Notes: a model not told the origin generated them from the sequence alone. A stretch of 64,000 bases of DNA from Lytechinus pictus (GCF_037042905.1 NC_087247.1:63123097-63187096), one strand, 5' to 3'. Counted from the stretch's first letter, positions 13,717 to 28,140 are shown. Made by a program: numbers and translations.

Positions 13717-13864
13717 GTCGGCTGTATTTTTCCCTTTACCTCACTGACTGTAAATTTCCTGGAATATTCGAACTGATTAAAAAAAAAAAATTACTCCCCA
13801 ATATTCTATAAGCTTCCCTCGATGGAGTTTAGTATGTGCCTGTAAACCAGTTAAGAACAATCAG

Positions 13865-15150
13865 AAGGGATTGAAGTGCACTAAATGCAACCAATGGCAA
13901 AATATCATTTGTGCTGGTATTCCTGAAGAGATCTACAATGACAAGTCAGATAATTTTTTGGGGGGTTGGCAATGCAGCATTTATATTTATAAAGACATGG
14001 GAGACATGCCCTTCTATAATGAATCGGAAAATATCACGATCCCAGACTCAGTTAATGTACATCTCGGTACAAATACTACAAATCGGAACACTGCTTGTAT
14101 ACATGGTTTATACTACCAACATATTACGTGGTAATGGCCTTAAAGGTCAAGTCCAGCCCAGAAAATTTCATCAAAATCGGATGTAAAATAAGAAAGTTAT
14201 GACATTTTAAAGTTTCGCTTATTTTCACAAAACAGTTATATGCACAAATCGGTGACATGCAAATGAGAGAGTCAATGATGTCCATCACTCACTATTTCTT
14301 TTGTTTTTTATTGTTTGAATCATACAATATTTCAATTTTTACAGATTTGGCAATAAGGACCAACTTGACTGAACCATAAAATGTTAAAACAATGGTAATA
14401 CCACATGTTCAGGGAGGAATTAAACTTTGTTTCACAGGACAACAGGGAGAAAATTTGAATATTTCATATAATAAAATACAAAAGAAATAGTGATTGATTG
14501 ATGTCATCAGTCCCCTCATTTGCATACTGACCAGGATGTGAATATAACTGTTACTTAAAAATGTCATAACTTTCTTATTTTATATCCGATTTTGATGAAA
14601 TTTTCAGTGCTATGCTTGTTAGATTTTTCTCTTTTTATTCAAATCAACTTTTTGTTGAGGTGGATTTGTCCTTTGAGATTGCCCATTTAAATGTTAACAG
14701 CCTACTGAGACACATTGGAGAAGTGAGACCATTTGTTAAGTCAAACAAGGTTCAGGTTTTCGCAGTTAATGAAACCAAAATAGATGAATCTATCTGTGAT
14801 AAAGAAGTCTTGATTGACGATTAAAATTTGATTCGTAAAGACAGAGTTCGACAGGTTGGTGAAGTAGCCATTTATCGTAAACAAATCATTTAATTTTGAA
14901 AAAAAAAAAAAATCATGAAATCCTTGATGATTTAGAAGTACTTGTTATTAAGTTTTTCTCAAGTTTTCAAAGCCTCTCATCATGTCAATTTGATATAGAG
15001 CACCATCTTCTTTATGAAAGATTTCTTGGCGTTATTGACACAATGAATTGTGACATAGTTATAGCAGGTGACGTAAACTGTGATATCCTAACTAAACTAT
15101 TATCAAGCCTGACCAAGAAATATGTTGATCCTTTAATTATAAAAGCGCCA
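13865..15150 (+). mobile_element. LINE 5' fragment (zinc-finger-like motif plus APE-type endonuclease), split by a nested MITE
   Basis: CTKCNQWQNIICAGIPEE is a zinc-finger-like motif. HLNVNSLLRHIGEV...VFAVNETKIDE...DIVIAGDVNCDIL matches the N-terminal motifs of apurinic/apyrimidinic endonuclease (APE). The MITE copy at 14139-14676 separates the two parts. Confidence 0.6.
14139..14676. mobile_element. Foldback MITE, family 'A', copy 3 (nested in the LINE fragment)
   Basis: CCTTAAAGGTCAAGTCCAGCCC ... GGTGGATTTGTCCTTTGAG. The arms 14139-14300 and 14500-14676 are reverse complements of each other. Confidence 0.8.
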
Positions 15151-15587
15151 TGGCTTACCATTTCCTTCCTCCTCACATTAAATTATCCCCTAGTATTAAT
15201 GTTTTCAAATATAAAATTGTTGATATGTAGCTTATGGACTCCGGTACCCCCCCCCCCATTCCCTGTTAGGTTTACATCCTTCATATTTGTTTTTCTGATT
15301 TTCTGTTTTTTATCTAAATATGTTTTCTGTTGATTACTTCTATTTTTTAATCATTTATGTTCGTTACTGTTTCCGTTTATTTTCTGTTTCTCCTTTTTTT
15401 AGATCTGTTATTTTCATGTGGTTTTATTGTGTTCACCTTAGACATGTATATGCAATTGTTTTTTTTTTTGGACCCCACGGGAGACCAGCATGACTGTGCC
15501 AGTGAAGCTGAATGTGGGCAATCCACCCTATTTTGTTGTATACATGCTTTTAATACGAAAATAAATACTACTACTGCTACTACTACT

Positions 15588-17556
<1,969 letters not shown>

Positions 17557-18100
17557 CTACTACTAATACTACTACTTCATCTTCTTCTTCTTTGTATCCT
17601 CCCCAACCGCGACCATGTCAAGTCGTTGGCTTGTAACGAGGATATGGCATGGGGAGGGATGTGCCCCCTAATATCCACAAAATATCATTACTTTGATAGC
17701 ACAGTCACTTGTTTTGTATACCTGCGAGTTGAGTAGCTTTAGGGCTGTATTAAACAATTTCCAGTTCCAAGATGACTGTATTCGAGGCATATTTTTATAT
17801 TGTGAATTGTGTATAACATATTACTGTTATTTTGATATAGTGTACATTTTCTCGTATTTTTAAAGAACAGGAAACATGATAAAGATTAAATATATAGATT
17901 AGATAGAAGACTGTGTATTGAATGGATATTTCACTTAACCCATCTATCCACACATTGCGCTATCTCTCTCTCTCTAAATGTCATGATCTTTCTACGAATC
18001 GTTTTTTATGCATGTCTGTCCGTCTATCTTTTTATAATGTGTTAACTTTCTTTCTGTCTTCATTATATCTTCCATCCCTTTCATTTATCTCTTCATATAG

Positions 18101-18182
18101 GTTCAATATGAACGAAACAGATGGTGAAATTGATCAATTCGATGAAAGCCAATGCGAATTAGTAAAATATGTAATTTTACAA
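18101..18182 (+). CDS. PARP4: PARP4-like exon A (first recognised exon; the N-terminal BRCT exons were not found in the window)
   Basis: AG acceptor at 18099-18100, donor CAA|GTGAGT. Translation ..NETDGEIDQFDESQCELVKYVILQ resembles human PARP4 ..VEIPHLPQDFEVAKYNTLEK, compared from memory. Its phase-0 end matches the next exon. Confidence 0.55.
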
Positions 18183-19259
18183 GTGAGTATTATCAACAAT
18201 ATCCATATCTCTTAAAATAGTTGGGCATAAAATGCCCAACTTTTAACCAATCATGCTATGGGCAACATTCTGTCCACACAACTATTGGTTAAAATCTGCC
18301 CAAATTGGGTAATAAAAACTAATAATTGGGTAATAAATTTGCTCAATTTGATAAAAATTTAAAGAGTATCCTCTCTCAAGTAATCTAATACTTTATTATG
18401 TGTTAACGCTTGGATTATCAGGAGTTATTCAATTTTTTACTGGGATGTAAAGTTCGATTTGCGCCAATTATAGGCAAGGCTGCAATTAATTAATCCAGAT
18501 ACTAATGATTTCATAATACTTTATAATTAGTTAGTAAAAATATTTGCAAATCCCTTTTCAATGAAATTAACCTGAGAATTGATACTAAAAAGTATTTATT
18601 AAACAAATCTAATGTTAATGATTGAAAAGGTGTTTTGCAATGGATTTTAATGAAACCCTTGTAAGATTATGACATCATTGACATTCATTAATTTGGGTCA
18701 TGCCTTACTTTGATGCAAGTCAAAATTTAAATCACTATAAAGAATACCTACTAAGTATCTAAGTGTGAAGATATACCACATATATATGGTATCAAATTAT
18801 TTGGGAGAAGATAATCTTTCCGGTCATATATCTATTGAAAAACAGATAATGACAATTATTGACAATTAATGATTATGTGATCACGTCATATATTTACCTT
18901 GAAGTTAGGATTTGTGAGGTGTCAAGATTTGTTGTTGTACTCACACGGCATAACTTATCATACTTAATGTTCATTCAATGACTTATAAGAACTTTTTGGG
19001 ACACATCAATAAAAAACTACTTGTAAGTTAAGGCAGAAATTTGTAGTATAGGTCTATATATTTGTCTATCTGTCCATCATATTCGCACTTTAAAGTAATT
19101 CAGTGATCGGAGGTGAGTTGTTTCGGCAAATAGTGAAGGACTGGTGCTGCTTCACTATCCGAGACAACTGTAAATACAAATAGAAGCTCGGGTACATTAT
19201 ATTCATGTATTTCTACCGATCATTCAATATATTAATGATATTGGTATGCATACTTTCAG

Positions 19260-19418
19260 AAAGAAAAACTAGATGGAGATATACAATTTACATCTATTGA
19301 GTTGCATACAACAGTTGGGATTCCATTGGTTCTTCAGGGCCAATCAATCACAAGGTCAAAGGCCAGTCCTTATAGGTATAGAGTCTACACTCACCAAGGC
19401 ACCGTGTCTGATACAAAG
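19260..19418 (+). CDS. PARP4: PARP4-like exon B (WGR-like region)
   Basis: Acceptor tttcag|A, donor AAAG|GTATGT; 53 codons in phase 0 to 0. Translation is KEKLDGDIQFTSIELHTTVGIPLVLQGQSITRSKASPYRYRVYTHQGTVSDTK. Confidence 0.55.
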
Positions 19419-20036
19419 GTATGTACATTCATAGTATAGAGTGGTACAGAAGGGTGCCAATTTATTGGGTCGGTATCTTATACAATAAAACGTCATGAGA
19501 TGATATTTCAATTGCTATATGTATTTCATTTTGTTTATGTCAAGAATTGAAGTTAATATAAAATAAAAACCAATCAATAGAAAAAAACATACCAATTGCA
19601 AATTACAATAAACATAATAATATTATTATCATTATTGTAATTATTAATTTTTTTCGCACAAGTTTACAGATTATTTGATCATGTCTTAAAGATTATTTTC
19701 TTTTTGCATAATTCCAAAAAATTGTAATCTATGTTCTTTTCATAGCGCTCAGGGAAATATTTCAAACCACCATCGCCATTATTATCATGAGAAAGAGGAA
19801 GGGGGAGAGAGAAAAAGATGCAGGCAGAGACAGAAAAAAAAGACAGAGACAAAACAAACTACACAACCCTAATTGATAGTACGGAGGAGAGTGAAACGCT
19901 GACTGAATGAATGGATGATGACATTAGCATAGAAAGATAAAACTACATATAACGAATTTTTAAAATATGACATAAAGCTCTCTCTTCACCTCTCTACAAC
20001 TGTGTAAAATAATGCATCTCTCTTTCTGTTTGCCAG

Positions 20037-20198
20037 GATGAGAATTCAGGAATCAAGAAGAGTTATTTAGCAAAAACTGGTCCAGAGGCTTTGAAGATCT
20101 TCCAAGAGCAACATGATATATGGACATCTAAATCTCATAACATGACAAAAACTAAAGTAATGCTTTCGCGATGGCTGGGATCCAATGTTCTCACGAAG
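20037..20198 (+). CDS. PARP4: PARP4-like exon C
   Basis: Acceptor tgccag|GAT, donor GAAG|GTAAAG; 54 codons. Translation DENSGIKKSYLAKTGPEALKIFQEQHDIWTSKSHNMTKTKVMLSRWLGSNVLTK has a pattern resembling the PARP1 WGR segment ...AIEHFMKLYEEKTGNAWHS. Confidence 0.6.
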
Positions 20199-20506
20199 GT
20201 AAAGCTTTTGTTTCTTCAGAAAAACAATCTAATATGCATACAGAAATTTATGAATAATTCTACAGGTAATTGGTTTAAGAGTCTCATCTGCATCCCATTG
20301 TAATTGCTCTGCAAATTATACTACATTGTAGTATAATAGCATCCGAAGCATCAACAAATAGTGTGCTCTCTCAATATATCCTCTTTTTATCTTCTCCATT
20401 CATGTCAATCACCAATTCCCTGATCTCTTTTAACATTAGCTCTTCCGTTTTTCTTTAACTTTATTTCAATTCAAATATTAATTGTGTGAATATTTTCTTT
20501 AATCAG

Positions 20507-20644
20507 CGCCTACTTGAGTCTCAAGCATCCAAAGGAGAAGTTTCTTCTGAAGTAGCCCACCTTGCTGATAATCTATGGAAGGAATCGATGGGAGAACTTT
20601 CTCAAGTTCTTACAGTTCCTGTGAAATCTATTCCTATAGGGAAG
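20507..20644 (+). CDS. PARP4: PARP4-like exon D (start of the PARP regulatory/helical domain)
   Basis: Acceptor aatcag|CGC, donor GGGAAG|GTAATA; 46 codons. Translation RLLESQASKGEVSSEVAHLADNLWKESMGELSQVLTVPVKSIPIGK resembles human PARP4 LLEEVMNSSTLSQEVSDLVEMIWAEALGHLEHMLLKPVNRISLNDVSK. Confidence 0.75.
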
Positions 20645-20953
20645 GTAATATATCGCTTTCTAAAATTTAGGCGAGTGGTGCCAAAACAATCAAATCTTTA
20701 TAGTTTATCATACGGTTAATTGAATTCCTAGTAAGTATAATTGTATTTTATATTTAAACTACACAAAAACTAGCTTATCACAAAAAACAAAACATTTTGA
20801 CTTGAATTCAGGTCAGAAACATCATGTGTTTTTTTATTAGTACATGTATATAACAGCTTACATTCATTTAATTGGAATAAACAACTCAATAAAATTTAAC
20901 TAATGAAACAAACTTACTGAATATTTTTTTTTTCATTTCATCTCACTGTTTAG

Positions 20954-21136
20954 GTCGAGAAAGCCGAGTCTGTTCTTTTACAGATCAAGCGCGCCCTCCT
21001 CGACAAGGAAAGCAAGGATGAATCTGTCATCCATGGACTGAGTGAGCAGTTTCATGAACTAATACCACACAAGGCTGAGTGCAGAAATGATCTTACTAAT
21101 ATGAAAATGGTTGCCATCAAACAGGACCTCTGCCAG
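20954..21136 (+). CDS. PARP4: PARP4-like exon E (PARP regulatory domain)
   Basis: Acceptor tgtttag|GTC, donor TGCCAG|GTAGAA; 61 codons. The segment ..LSEQFHELIPHKAECRNDLTNMKMVAIKQDLCQ resembles human PARP4 ..TEFYRLIPHKGTMPKEVNLGLLAKKADLCQ and PARP1 SNRFYTLIPHDFG. Confidence 0.85.
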
Positions 21137-21764
21137 GTAGAAACTCTTACATATAACGTTTTAATAATTTTATGGGGACACTCTATTCTTTACTTTCCCC
21201 ACAAAATGTACAGATAAATTTTTAAATGATTACTAACAAAAGAAATTCCATGTCAAAATAGCAAAGGAGAAATATAGGTAAGGATCTGAAATGTTTGCCA
21301 TCTACGAAATTGGGAAATACATTTTTAAACTATTGTGATTATCACACTAGTCGACAAACGCCATTGATATGTTGATTTCCAATGTACATCCTCGTTCAAT
21401 CATTTCCATTTTAAAATGTAATTAAAGATAATGAAATGTTGTCTTTAAAACTTTCAAACCATTTTGCATTTTCAACGTTGATGAGTAGAAAATGAATGTA
21501 TTAAACTCAACAATGTTATTATATGAAATAGACATTTTATTCACAGTCATCTGGGATTCAATAAAATACAATGAATTAATGTACCTTTCATCGATAACTC
21601 TTGGTAGTTTATATTACTCAAAGACAAATGATTCAGTAATTAGCTTTTTAAAAGTACGGGAACTGTTTAATTTTAAAGGTAGGTTAAAATCGAAAAGATT
21701 TTCGATAATTTTCTACCCATATATCTAATGATTTATATTTTGTGATAATTTAATCTTGTATTAG

Positions 21765-21928
21765 CTAATCCAAGACGTGATTAATGTGAATGAAGCACTG
21801 GGATGGAAGAAGCAACCCTCATCTAAGTCTAAGTACCGGGCAATGAGGTGTTACATTGAGAGCTTAGATACAGATCATCCTGAATACAAGAAGGCTGAAG
21901 AACTCGTCATGAGCAGCTCACAACCAAT
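21765..21928 (+). CDS. PARP4: PARP4-like exon F (PARP regulatory domain)
   Basis: Acceptor tattag|CTA, donor CCAAT|GTAAGC, ending in phase 2. Translation LIQDVINVNEALGWKKQPSSKSKYRAMRCYIESLDTDHPEYKKAEELVMSSSQP resembles human LIRDMVNVCETNLSKPNPPSLAKYRALRCKIEHVEQNTEEFLRVRKEVLQNHHSKSP. Confidence 0.85.
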
Positions 21929-22380
21929 GTAAGCATCCTCTTTTTATTTAAGTTTGAACTTTGTATAAAGAGTTTATATAAACACGAAATACATACTTTG
22001 ATGGTTTATACATAATTGCACGGTGAAACGTATTTATAAAGAATGTAATTTATGTTGTCATTCATCTTTGCGATGCAGTAGTTTTGATTGATAATTCACA
22101 CACTGTCACGTGAAGCTTGAACATCTATATAAATTACGCAGGAATGTTTTTCTAAGGGCTAAGAATACACAAGATGTTCGAAACTATATTTCGATTCGAT
22201 AACAAATGTTTATTCATTTTTAAAATTATTCATTCATAAAATGAATTAAAATGGTCTGTTATACGTTTTATATACGTTCTGCAAGGAGTTTTGAAAAACG
22301 CCTTTTGAGTCTGCTTTCCATGATCTTATCTATTAGAGTTTCAACTTTATGACATGACCTTCTTTTCTATTACACGTTCT

Positions 22381-24112
22381 ACAGTGCGTCTAAAAAAAAC
22401 TATACACTTTTGAAAGGGCTACCAAACAAAAAATATGTCACTTTGGGGGGAAATATCTATATATATGGAAAGCCAATAAAGTCAACTTTCAGATGACATA
22501 AAGAAGTTGGAAAACTATTCATGCTTGAGTGAGCACTACCCACTAAAACAAAGGGTATGAAAATTAGGGAGGGCAGGAATTAGCCTTCTGATTTCTCTCA
22601 GTTTTTGAGAGGCGAGTCCCTTGGAACTTGCAAACTCGAGGGTGTTGTGATAAATTAATGGTCATTCATTATCAATTTAAATTGTTAGAGCAAACTTCAT
22701 GAATTATCAAATTGAACTTACATGCGTGAGTGAGCGTGAATTGCAATCTTTAGTGCAGCATTTTAACTTTACAATGTGGATCTCAGCAGTGTGTTCACTG
22801 GAGTCAGGAGAATAGGGGTAAGATAGGACTTCAGTGGGTGACGTAAGCTGATGGGAAAAGGGTCAACAGAACGTTTAGCCTCCCTCCTACAGGTCCGCCC
22901 CCCTCCTGTTTAGATCGAGACTGATTGCTATTACATGTACGCATGAAGTCTTAGCGGACTGTCAATTAGATAATAAATTCTGAATATTAGGTCATCAACT
23001 TTTACCATCAATCATTCAATCAGCAATTTGTTAGTAAATCAACTCAATCAATGTGAACAATCAAACATTAATCTTTTTCAATAAATTATTAATCAAAAAT
23101 TCAGCTTTCTCAATAAATTATTTCATAAATCACCATAATTAGTCAAGTTTTTAATAATCATTCAACGAGAAGAAAGACCCATCAACCATTAGCCACTTGG
23201 CATTTAAGTTTTAATACCATTCGGGAGAAAGAAAGGGGGTGGAGGGCGGGGGTGAGGACATGATTTGTAATTTGTAAGAGAACACAAAGAAGAATGCCCC
23301 TTTAACCCAGTCTTACCCTATCTCACCCCCTTGCATGTAACAGGTACATGTACCATCACATTTCTCTGACTCTCACAAGCACAGTTGCTAAAATCCACAT
23401 AATAAACTAAAAATGCAACGCCAAAATTATAATTCTTGTTTACTCATACATTATATTTCAATTTAGTAACTAAAATTTGCTTAAGAAACCAAAACTGATC
23501 TCAATTCATCAGTAACTTAGCATCCTCAACCTTGCAAGTTCCAAAGGACTCACCTAAAAAAAAACTAGAAGGCTAATTCCTGCTCACCCTAGCAAAGGCT
23601 AGTCTATCAGGAGGGGAGAAAGGGGTAGAGGGGGGGGGGGTTAAGTGTTTTGTTGACCCTTATCCCATCAACCTACTTCCCCCACCTAAGTCCAATCTCA
23701 CCCCTGTTCTGACTTCCATGAACGCATTGCTGAGATCCACTAGAAAAAGTTAAAATTGTATTTCATGTTCAGTCATGCATTAAATTTCAATTGAATAATT
23801 CTTGAAATTTGCTCTAAAAACCTAAATTGATAATGCTTGATCATTGATTTATCACAACACCATCAAGTTTGCAAGTTCCAAGGGACTCGCATCTCAAAAA
23901 CTGAAAGAAATTGGAAGGCTAATTCCTGCCCAGCCTAATTTCCATACCCTTTGTTTAAGTGGGTAGTGCTCACTAAAGCATGAACAATTTCCCAACTTTT
24001 TGGTGTCATCTGAAAGTTGACTTTATTGGCTTATAGGTATTTTTCCCCAAAGTGACATAATTTTTTTATTGGTAGCCATTTCAATAGTGTATAGTTTTTT
24101 TGAGACGCACTG
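22381..24112. mobile_element. Long-TIR DNA element (~1.7 kb) in PARP4 intron F-G
   Basis: 22381-22830 is the reverse complement of 23670-24112 (ACAGTGCGTCTAAAAAAAACTATACAC ... GTGTATAGTTTTTTTGAGACGCACTGT). The internal sequence GGAAGGCTAATTCCTGC occurs at 23560 and 23915 and in reverse complement at 22570. Confidence 0.75.
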
Positions 24113-24303
24113 TATACTCACTACCTAAGAAACTTCTTTGTTTTATTTCAATTGACAATGGATAAAAGTTTATATACCCTCTTTTTATTTGAAGAAAAAT
24201 GGATTTAGCAGTAATAGCTCTTTTGACGTTTTGAAGTAAGCCGATAATATTTAGCCTTTCCAAGTAGCATACCATTGCGATGACCAATATTTTTTGCACT
24301 TAG

Positions 24304-24441
24304 CGATCACATGGTTTCGATTCAACGAATCTTTGCAATCAATCGAGCCCTCGATGAATTCAAATTCAATCGAACGATTGGGAATGAAAGACTGCTCTTC
24401 CATGCATCGAAAGCTTGCAACTTCCTCGGAATCCTCTCACG
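24304..24441 (+). CDS. PARP4: PARP4-like exon G (start of the PARP catalytic domain, containing the NAD-site His)
   Basis: Acceptor cacttag|C, donor CACG|GTAAAT. Joining with exon F gives ..SQP-I-DHMVSIQRIFAINRALDEFKFNRTIGNERLLFHASKACNFLGILSR, which resembles human VDVLQIFRVGRVNETTEFLSKLGNVRPLLHGSPVQNIVGILCRG. Confidence 0.85.
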
Positions 24442-24828
24442 GTAAATAATATTAACGATTCCCTACTTGGATTTTTAAAAATCTTTTTCATGTAAATGCA
24501 TATGTAATCGTTATAATCAAGAGATTTGGCTAAAATGATGCCTGTGATTGCAGTAAGCGACGTGATCAGTATTAAAATAAAAACAACTCCAAGTACGTAA
24601 ATAATTATATGCTGCAGTTTTGGTGTAAAATTGACTTTAAATACATTATATTTTTAAGTGTGGTGAAAAATGCAACAGTTATTGACAATTTTAAAACATT
24701 TCTTCGTGGCAGCCCCTCAGCTTATGGTCCATCAATAAAAAACTTTCCTAATCTGAGCTAAAATATTCCCAGCTTAATTTTTAAACACGTCAACAAGGTC
24801 AATGCTGTCTTTTATTATCCTTTCACAG

Positions 24829-24927
24829 TGGTATTCTGCTACCAAAGATCGTGGTCGAGATGTTTGGTATCGATCGTTGGGATGCAGGGATGCTTGGGAG
24901 TGGAATCTATTTCGGAGATTGTATGAG
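24829..24927 (+). CDS. PARP4: PARP4-like exon H (catalytic domain, GSGIYF motif)
   Basis: Acceptor tttcacag|T, donor ATGAG|GTAATC. Translation (R)GILLPKIVVEMFGIDRWDAGMLGSGIYFGDCM resembles human LLLPKVVEDRGVQRTDVGNLGSGIYFSDSL. Confidence 0.85.
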
Positions 24928-25673
24928 GTAATCCTGATATATCCATATCACCATTATGATATTATAAAATACAGTCATGAACAGCTACTCTAAAAAACGT
25001 ACTGCAACCTTTACAGAAACTGAAATACAATCGGCGACATGTTCATAATTTCGATTGATACATTGGCAGAATATTTACGAAACGGAGTGAAAAGAATGAC
25101 ATTTCCATCAAAGTCTTTGATATACAGTAGATCTATCGAAATTCTTATATATCGATGGATGGAATCTTAATATGGCATTCCGAAAATTATTATAGCAGTT
25201 AACGTATTTTACGAGTTTATCCTTTTGGGCTTTCAAATGAAATAATTATATTGGTTACTATGGATGATTCTCCAACTACATTGACTAACCTGTATGATGA
25301 TAATAGTTCGTTTAAATATCTATGTTCGATTCATCCTAGATTACCTTCTGTGCTATACGTAACGACGCCTTCATGAATCATACACAAACTTATACCTCAA
25401 CTCCCCTCATTTGCGGTGTCTTTCTCTCAACGTGCTTAGAGAAGGCAAATTATGTCCTATGGGATTATAAAAAGGTTTAATTATTAGGCCCTACGTTTAT
25501 TTTTATTATCGTTATTATTCTGATTTTGAATTATGAATTGAAAATAGTTCAACTGATACTTTAAATAATGACACATTTTAGAAGTTTGACATAAAGAATT
25601 CTTTTTGTTTAATTCAAAATTGTATATAGGAATCATTTTCAATTAAAAATATGTTTACCTTTTTTATTTTTAG

Positions 25674-25857
25674 TACTTGTTCAAAGTACTCCACACCTGG
25701 TAAGTTTACAGGAACACGCTTCTTAGCAATCAACAACGTAGCCCTTGGGAAAATGAAGGATATCTATGAGAAGAGGACAGATATTGAGTGTGCACCTGAA
25801 GGATTTGAAAGCGTTCATGGTGTTAGGAAGACTGAGCAAAATGAATCCTTCTTTGTG
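25674..25857 (+). CDS. PARP4: PARP4-like exon I (catalytic domain)
   Basis: Acceptor ttttag|T, donor TTTGTG|GTATGA. Translation STCSKYSTPGKFTGTRFLAINNVALGKMKDIYEKRTDIECAPEGFESVHGVRKTEQNESFFV resembles human STSIKYSHPGETDGTRLLLICDVALGKCMDLHEKDFSLTEAPPGYDSVHGVSQTASVTTDF. Confidence 0.9.
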
Positions 25858-26330
25858 GTATGATTGATTAAAATTCATATTTTTACAAACGCACCCTCAC
25901 TCCCTCTCCTAACGCACCACATATTCATACTCACTCCCACCTACATACGCTCTCCTCTACACACCATAAGTTATAAACCTCTCTCTCTATCTCACACATA
26001 CCCCACACCCAACCACCAACCCAAACACTAACACCCCACATACCCTCATCACCCACTATCATTCTAACTTACATACACCCATTCGCTCTTGCACTCCAAC
26101 AAATTAGCGAATTAACACACTATGACTGTTTAGAAAAAGCTTAATTCCGTTGGAGAAAATCCATGTATTTCAAGACAGTTTAGCCAAAATATTTTAATTA
26201 TTCTACGTTCTCTGTAAAATATAAAATCGTATATATTTCACAAAATATGTTGCAGATTATGCAGTAAGTAATTTTATCTTGCACAAAATTTTAACCAAAG
26301 TTAGGATTTTGTTTATGTAAATGATTTTAG

Positions 26331-26514
26331 GACGATGAGTATGTGGTTTACCAAGCCAACCGACACTGTCTTCGCTACCTCGTTGAGTTCAAGTTGATAG
26401 AAAGAAATTCAGATGATACAGACAATCAGTCTGCTTCAGCATCCCAAGTCTCAATCAGTGATGACAGTAGCGGTGATGATACGGACTCTGATGATAACAA
26501 TGATGACGAAATAG
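26331..26514 (+). CDS. PARP4: PARP4-like exon J (end of catalytic domain with the catalytic Glu, followed by an acidic linker)
   Basis: Acceptor gattttag|GAC, donor AATAG|GTATAC, ending in phase 1. The segment DDEYVVYQANRHCLRYLVEFK resembles human DDEFVVYKTNQVKMKYIIKFS and PARP1 NEYIVYD. It is followed by a D/S-rich acidic stretch. Confidence 0.8.
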
Positions 26515-26827
26515 GTATACTAAGTACATACACTTCCACACTTATTGAACATGTGTGGATGACTTTATCATTAAGTTTTCTATGTCTATTCATATTAGAT
26601 TTAATTACGAAAGTCAAATTTAAGTGCGTCGTAGAGTATTGTACTTGATACTCAAGAAACTCAGATATTGTGTTATATTCAACCAAACCTACAGAGTCAG
26701 TTATTACACAAAGTAATGATTGCTCTTTTGCTATGTTTCTTTGTCCCAGTGTTATCTTTTTTGACAGCTGTCAGAAACATACATCTTTCATTTCAAGATA
26801 ATTATTTCAAACTGTTTCTCAATATTA

Positions 26828-26958
26828 GACATCCTTGATGTGCAAGGAATGGTGTATCCTGAAGCCAAGGTCAAGGCAGGTCTTAATACAACAGGTGAAG
26901 GTCAAGTTGAATTAGAAGCTGTTCATGTCAGGGCATCAATCATTGACCTGGCAGCAGA
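26828..26958 (+). CDS. PARP4: PARP4-like exon K (start of VIT domain)
   Basis: Acceptor aatattag|AC, donor GCAGAG|GTAATT. Translation DILDVQGMVYPEAKVKAGLNTTGEGQVELEAVHVRASIIDLAAE resembles human ..LPDAKTSSSTKAGLQDASGNLVPLEDVHIKGRIIDTVAQ. Confidence 0.8.
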
Positions 26959-27561
26959 GGTAATTTTCAATCCATAATACTGCACTTATGTCAACTCTCA
27001 TCTAATATCAATGGTGTTATTATTCATATCTGGTGTTATTGACACAAAATCATTGAAAACATACAAAATTGAAAGTAAACTACTGCATTATGCGTTATCC
27101 AACCGTTCTTTGGTATTACACATTTTCACACTGGTTGTCTTCTATGACATATTGACTTTATGTTTATTTACATTTTTTTTTCAAAAGAGATATATTTGTT
27201 ATAATGATAAAGACAGTATGTGAACTGTAAATCTACAACACAGTTTTCATATGATTGCCTACGTGTGATTAAATAATAAAATTTATTTCTTTTTATGTGA
27301 ATTCGGCTCATGAATAAAATTCTTTTAAAACGTTTGAACCGCAAACGTCTTTACGGAGTTGAATGGCAGAAATTGAGAGCTACATGTATATAATTCGGAT
27401 AAGCATTGAAGCTATGAAATAGATGACGAGGATCTGTGAAATTTATTTTTTTTGTCTATAATCCTATCACCAATGTCAGTGACAATGAAGTGACTTTGGG
27501 TTCATTCGCTACCAGTGAAACTATGGAACATATTTTTACTTATCAATTACATTTTTCCAAG

Positions 27562-27780
27562 GTAATTGTTCTGCAGAAGTACCGAAACATTGGTGAGCAG
27601 ACTGCGGAAACCCGTTACGTCTTTCCTCTTGATGAGCGAGCAGCTGTTTGTGGATTCGATGCCTATATCAATGGCAAACACGTCATCGGGATAGTAGAGG
27701 AGAAAGAACAAGCGCGGAAGTCATATGACAAAGCTAAAGAACAAGGACATGGGGCTTACCTCATGGAAGAAGAGGCAGCG
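27562..27780 (+). CDS. PARP4: PARP4-like exon L (VIT domain)
   Basis: Acceptor tttttccaag|GTA, donor GCAGCG|GTTAGT; 73 codons. Translation VIVLQKYRNIGEQTAETRYVFPLDERAAVCGFDAYINGKHVIGIVEEKEQARKSYDKAKEQGHGAYLMEEEAA resembles human VIVFQTYTNKSHVPIEAKYIFPLDDKAAVCGFEAFINGKHIVGEIKEKEEAQQEYLEAVTQGHGAYLM. Confidence 0.9.
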
Positions 27781-28140
27781 GTTAGTGATGAAACAAAGTC
27801 CCATGATATCAAAGAAAATAACACTAATAGTATTTACTTATTTACGTATTTTCAAAAGTGTACATATACATTATTAAAGATACTGTGCATGATATATGAA
27901 AAGAGAGAGATAGTGAGAGAAGCAGAGGGAGGCATTTAATAAGTTTCATTTTCTTTTTATTTGACTGGTGTTTTCAAAATAATTATCTCGATTTATCTGT
28001 TCTCGTTCTTCCATAGTCGGAATAAAAACACCATGGACATGGTGTTGCCTTGCAAATTTGCAAGATAAAAGCTTACGTGCTTGAGAAAGGGCTTGAAAGA
28101 TAAGTTTCAACAAAGATTAGGAATTTCATAACCTTTAAGG

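Noticed and set aside
20091-20303. A 70-aa ORF that might be read as a stand-alone gene
   Set aside because: Its first part is PARP4 exon C. The remainder is intronic read-through past the GTAAAG donor at 20199.
27480-27561. Extending exon L upstream to the CAG acceptor at 27478 (ORF 27436.. DNEVTLGSFATSETMEHIFTYQLHFSK)
   Set aside because: This is phase-incompatible with exon K (an immediate TGA in phase 0). The acceptor at 27560-27561 gives a seamless ..IIDLAAE|VIVLQKYRN.. junction that matches human ..IIDTVAQVIVFQTYTN..
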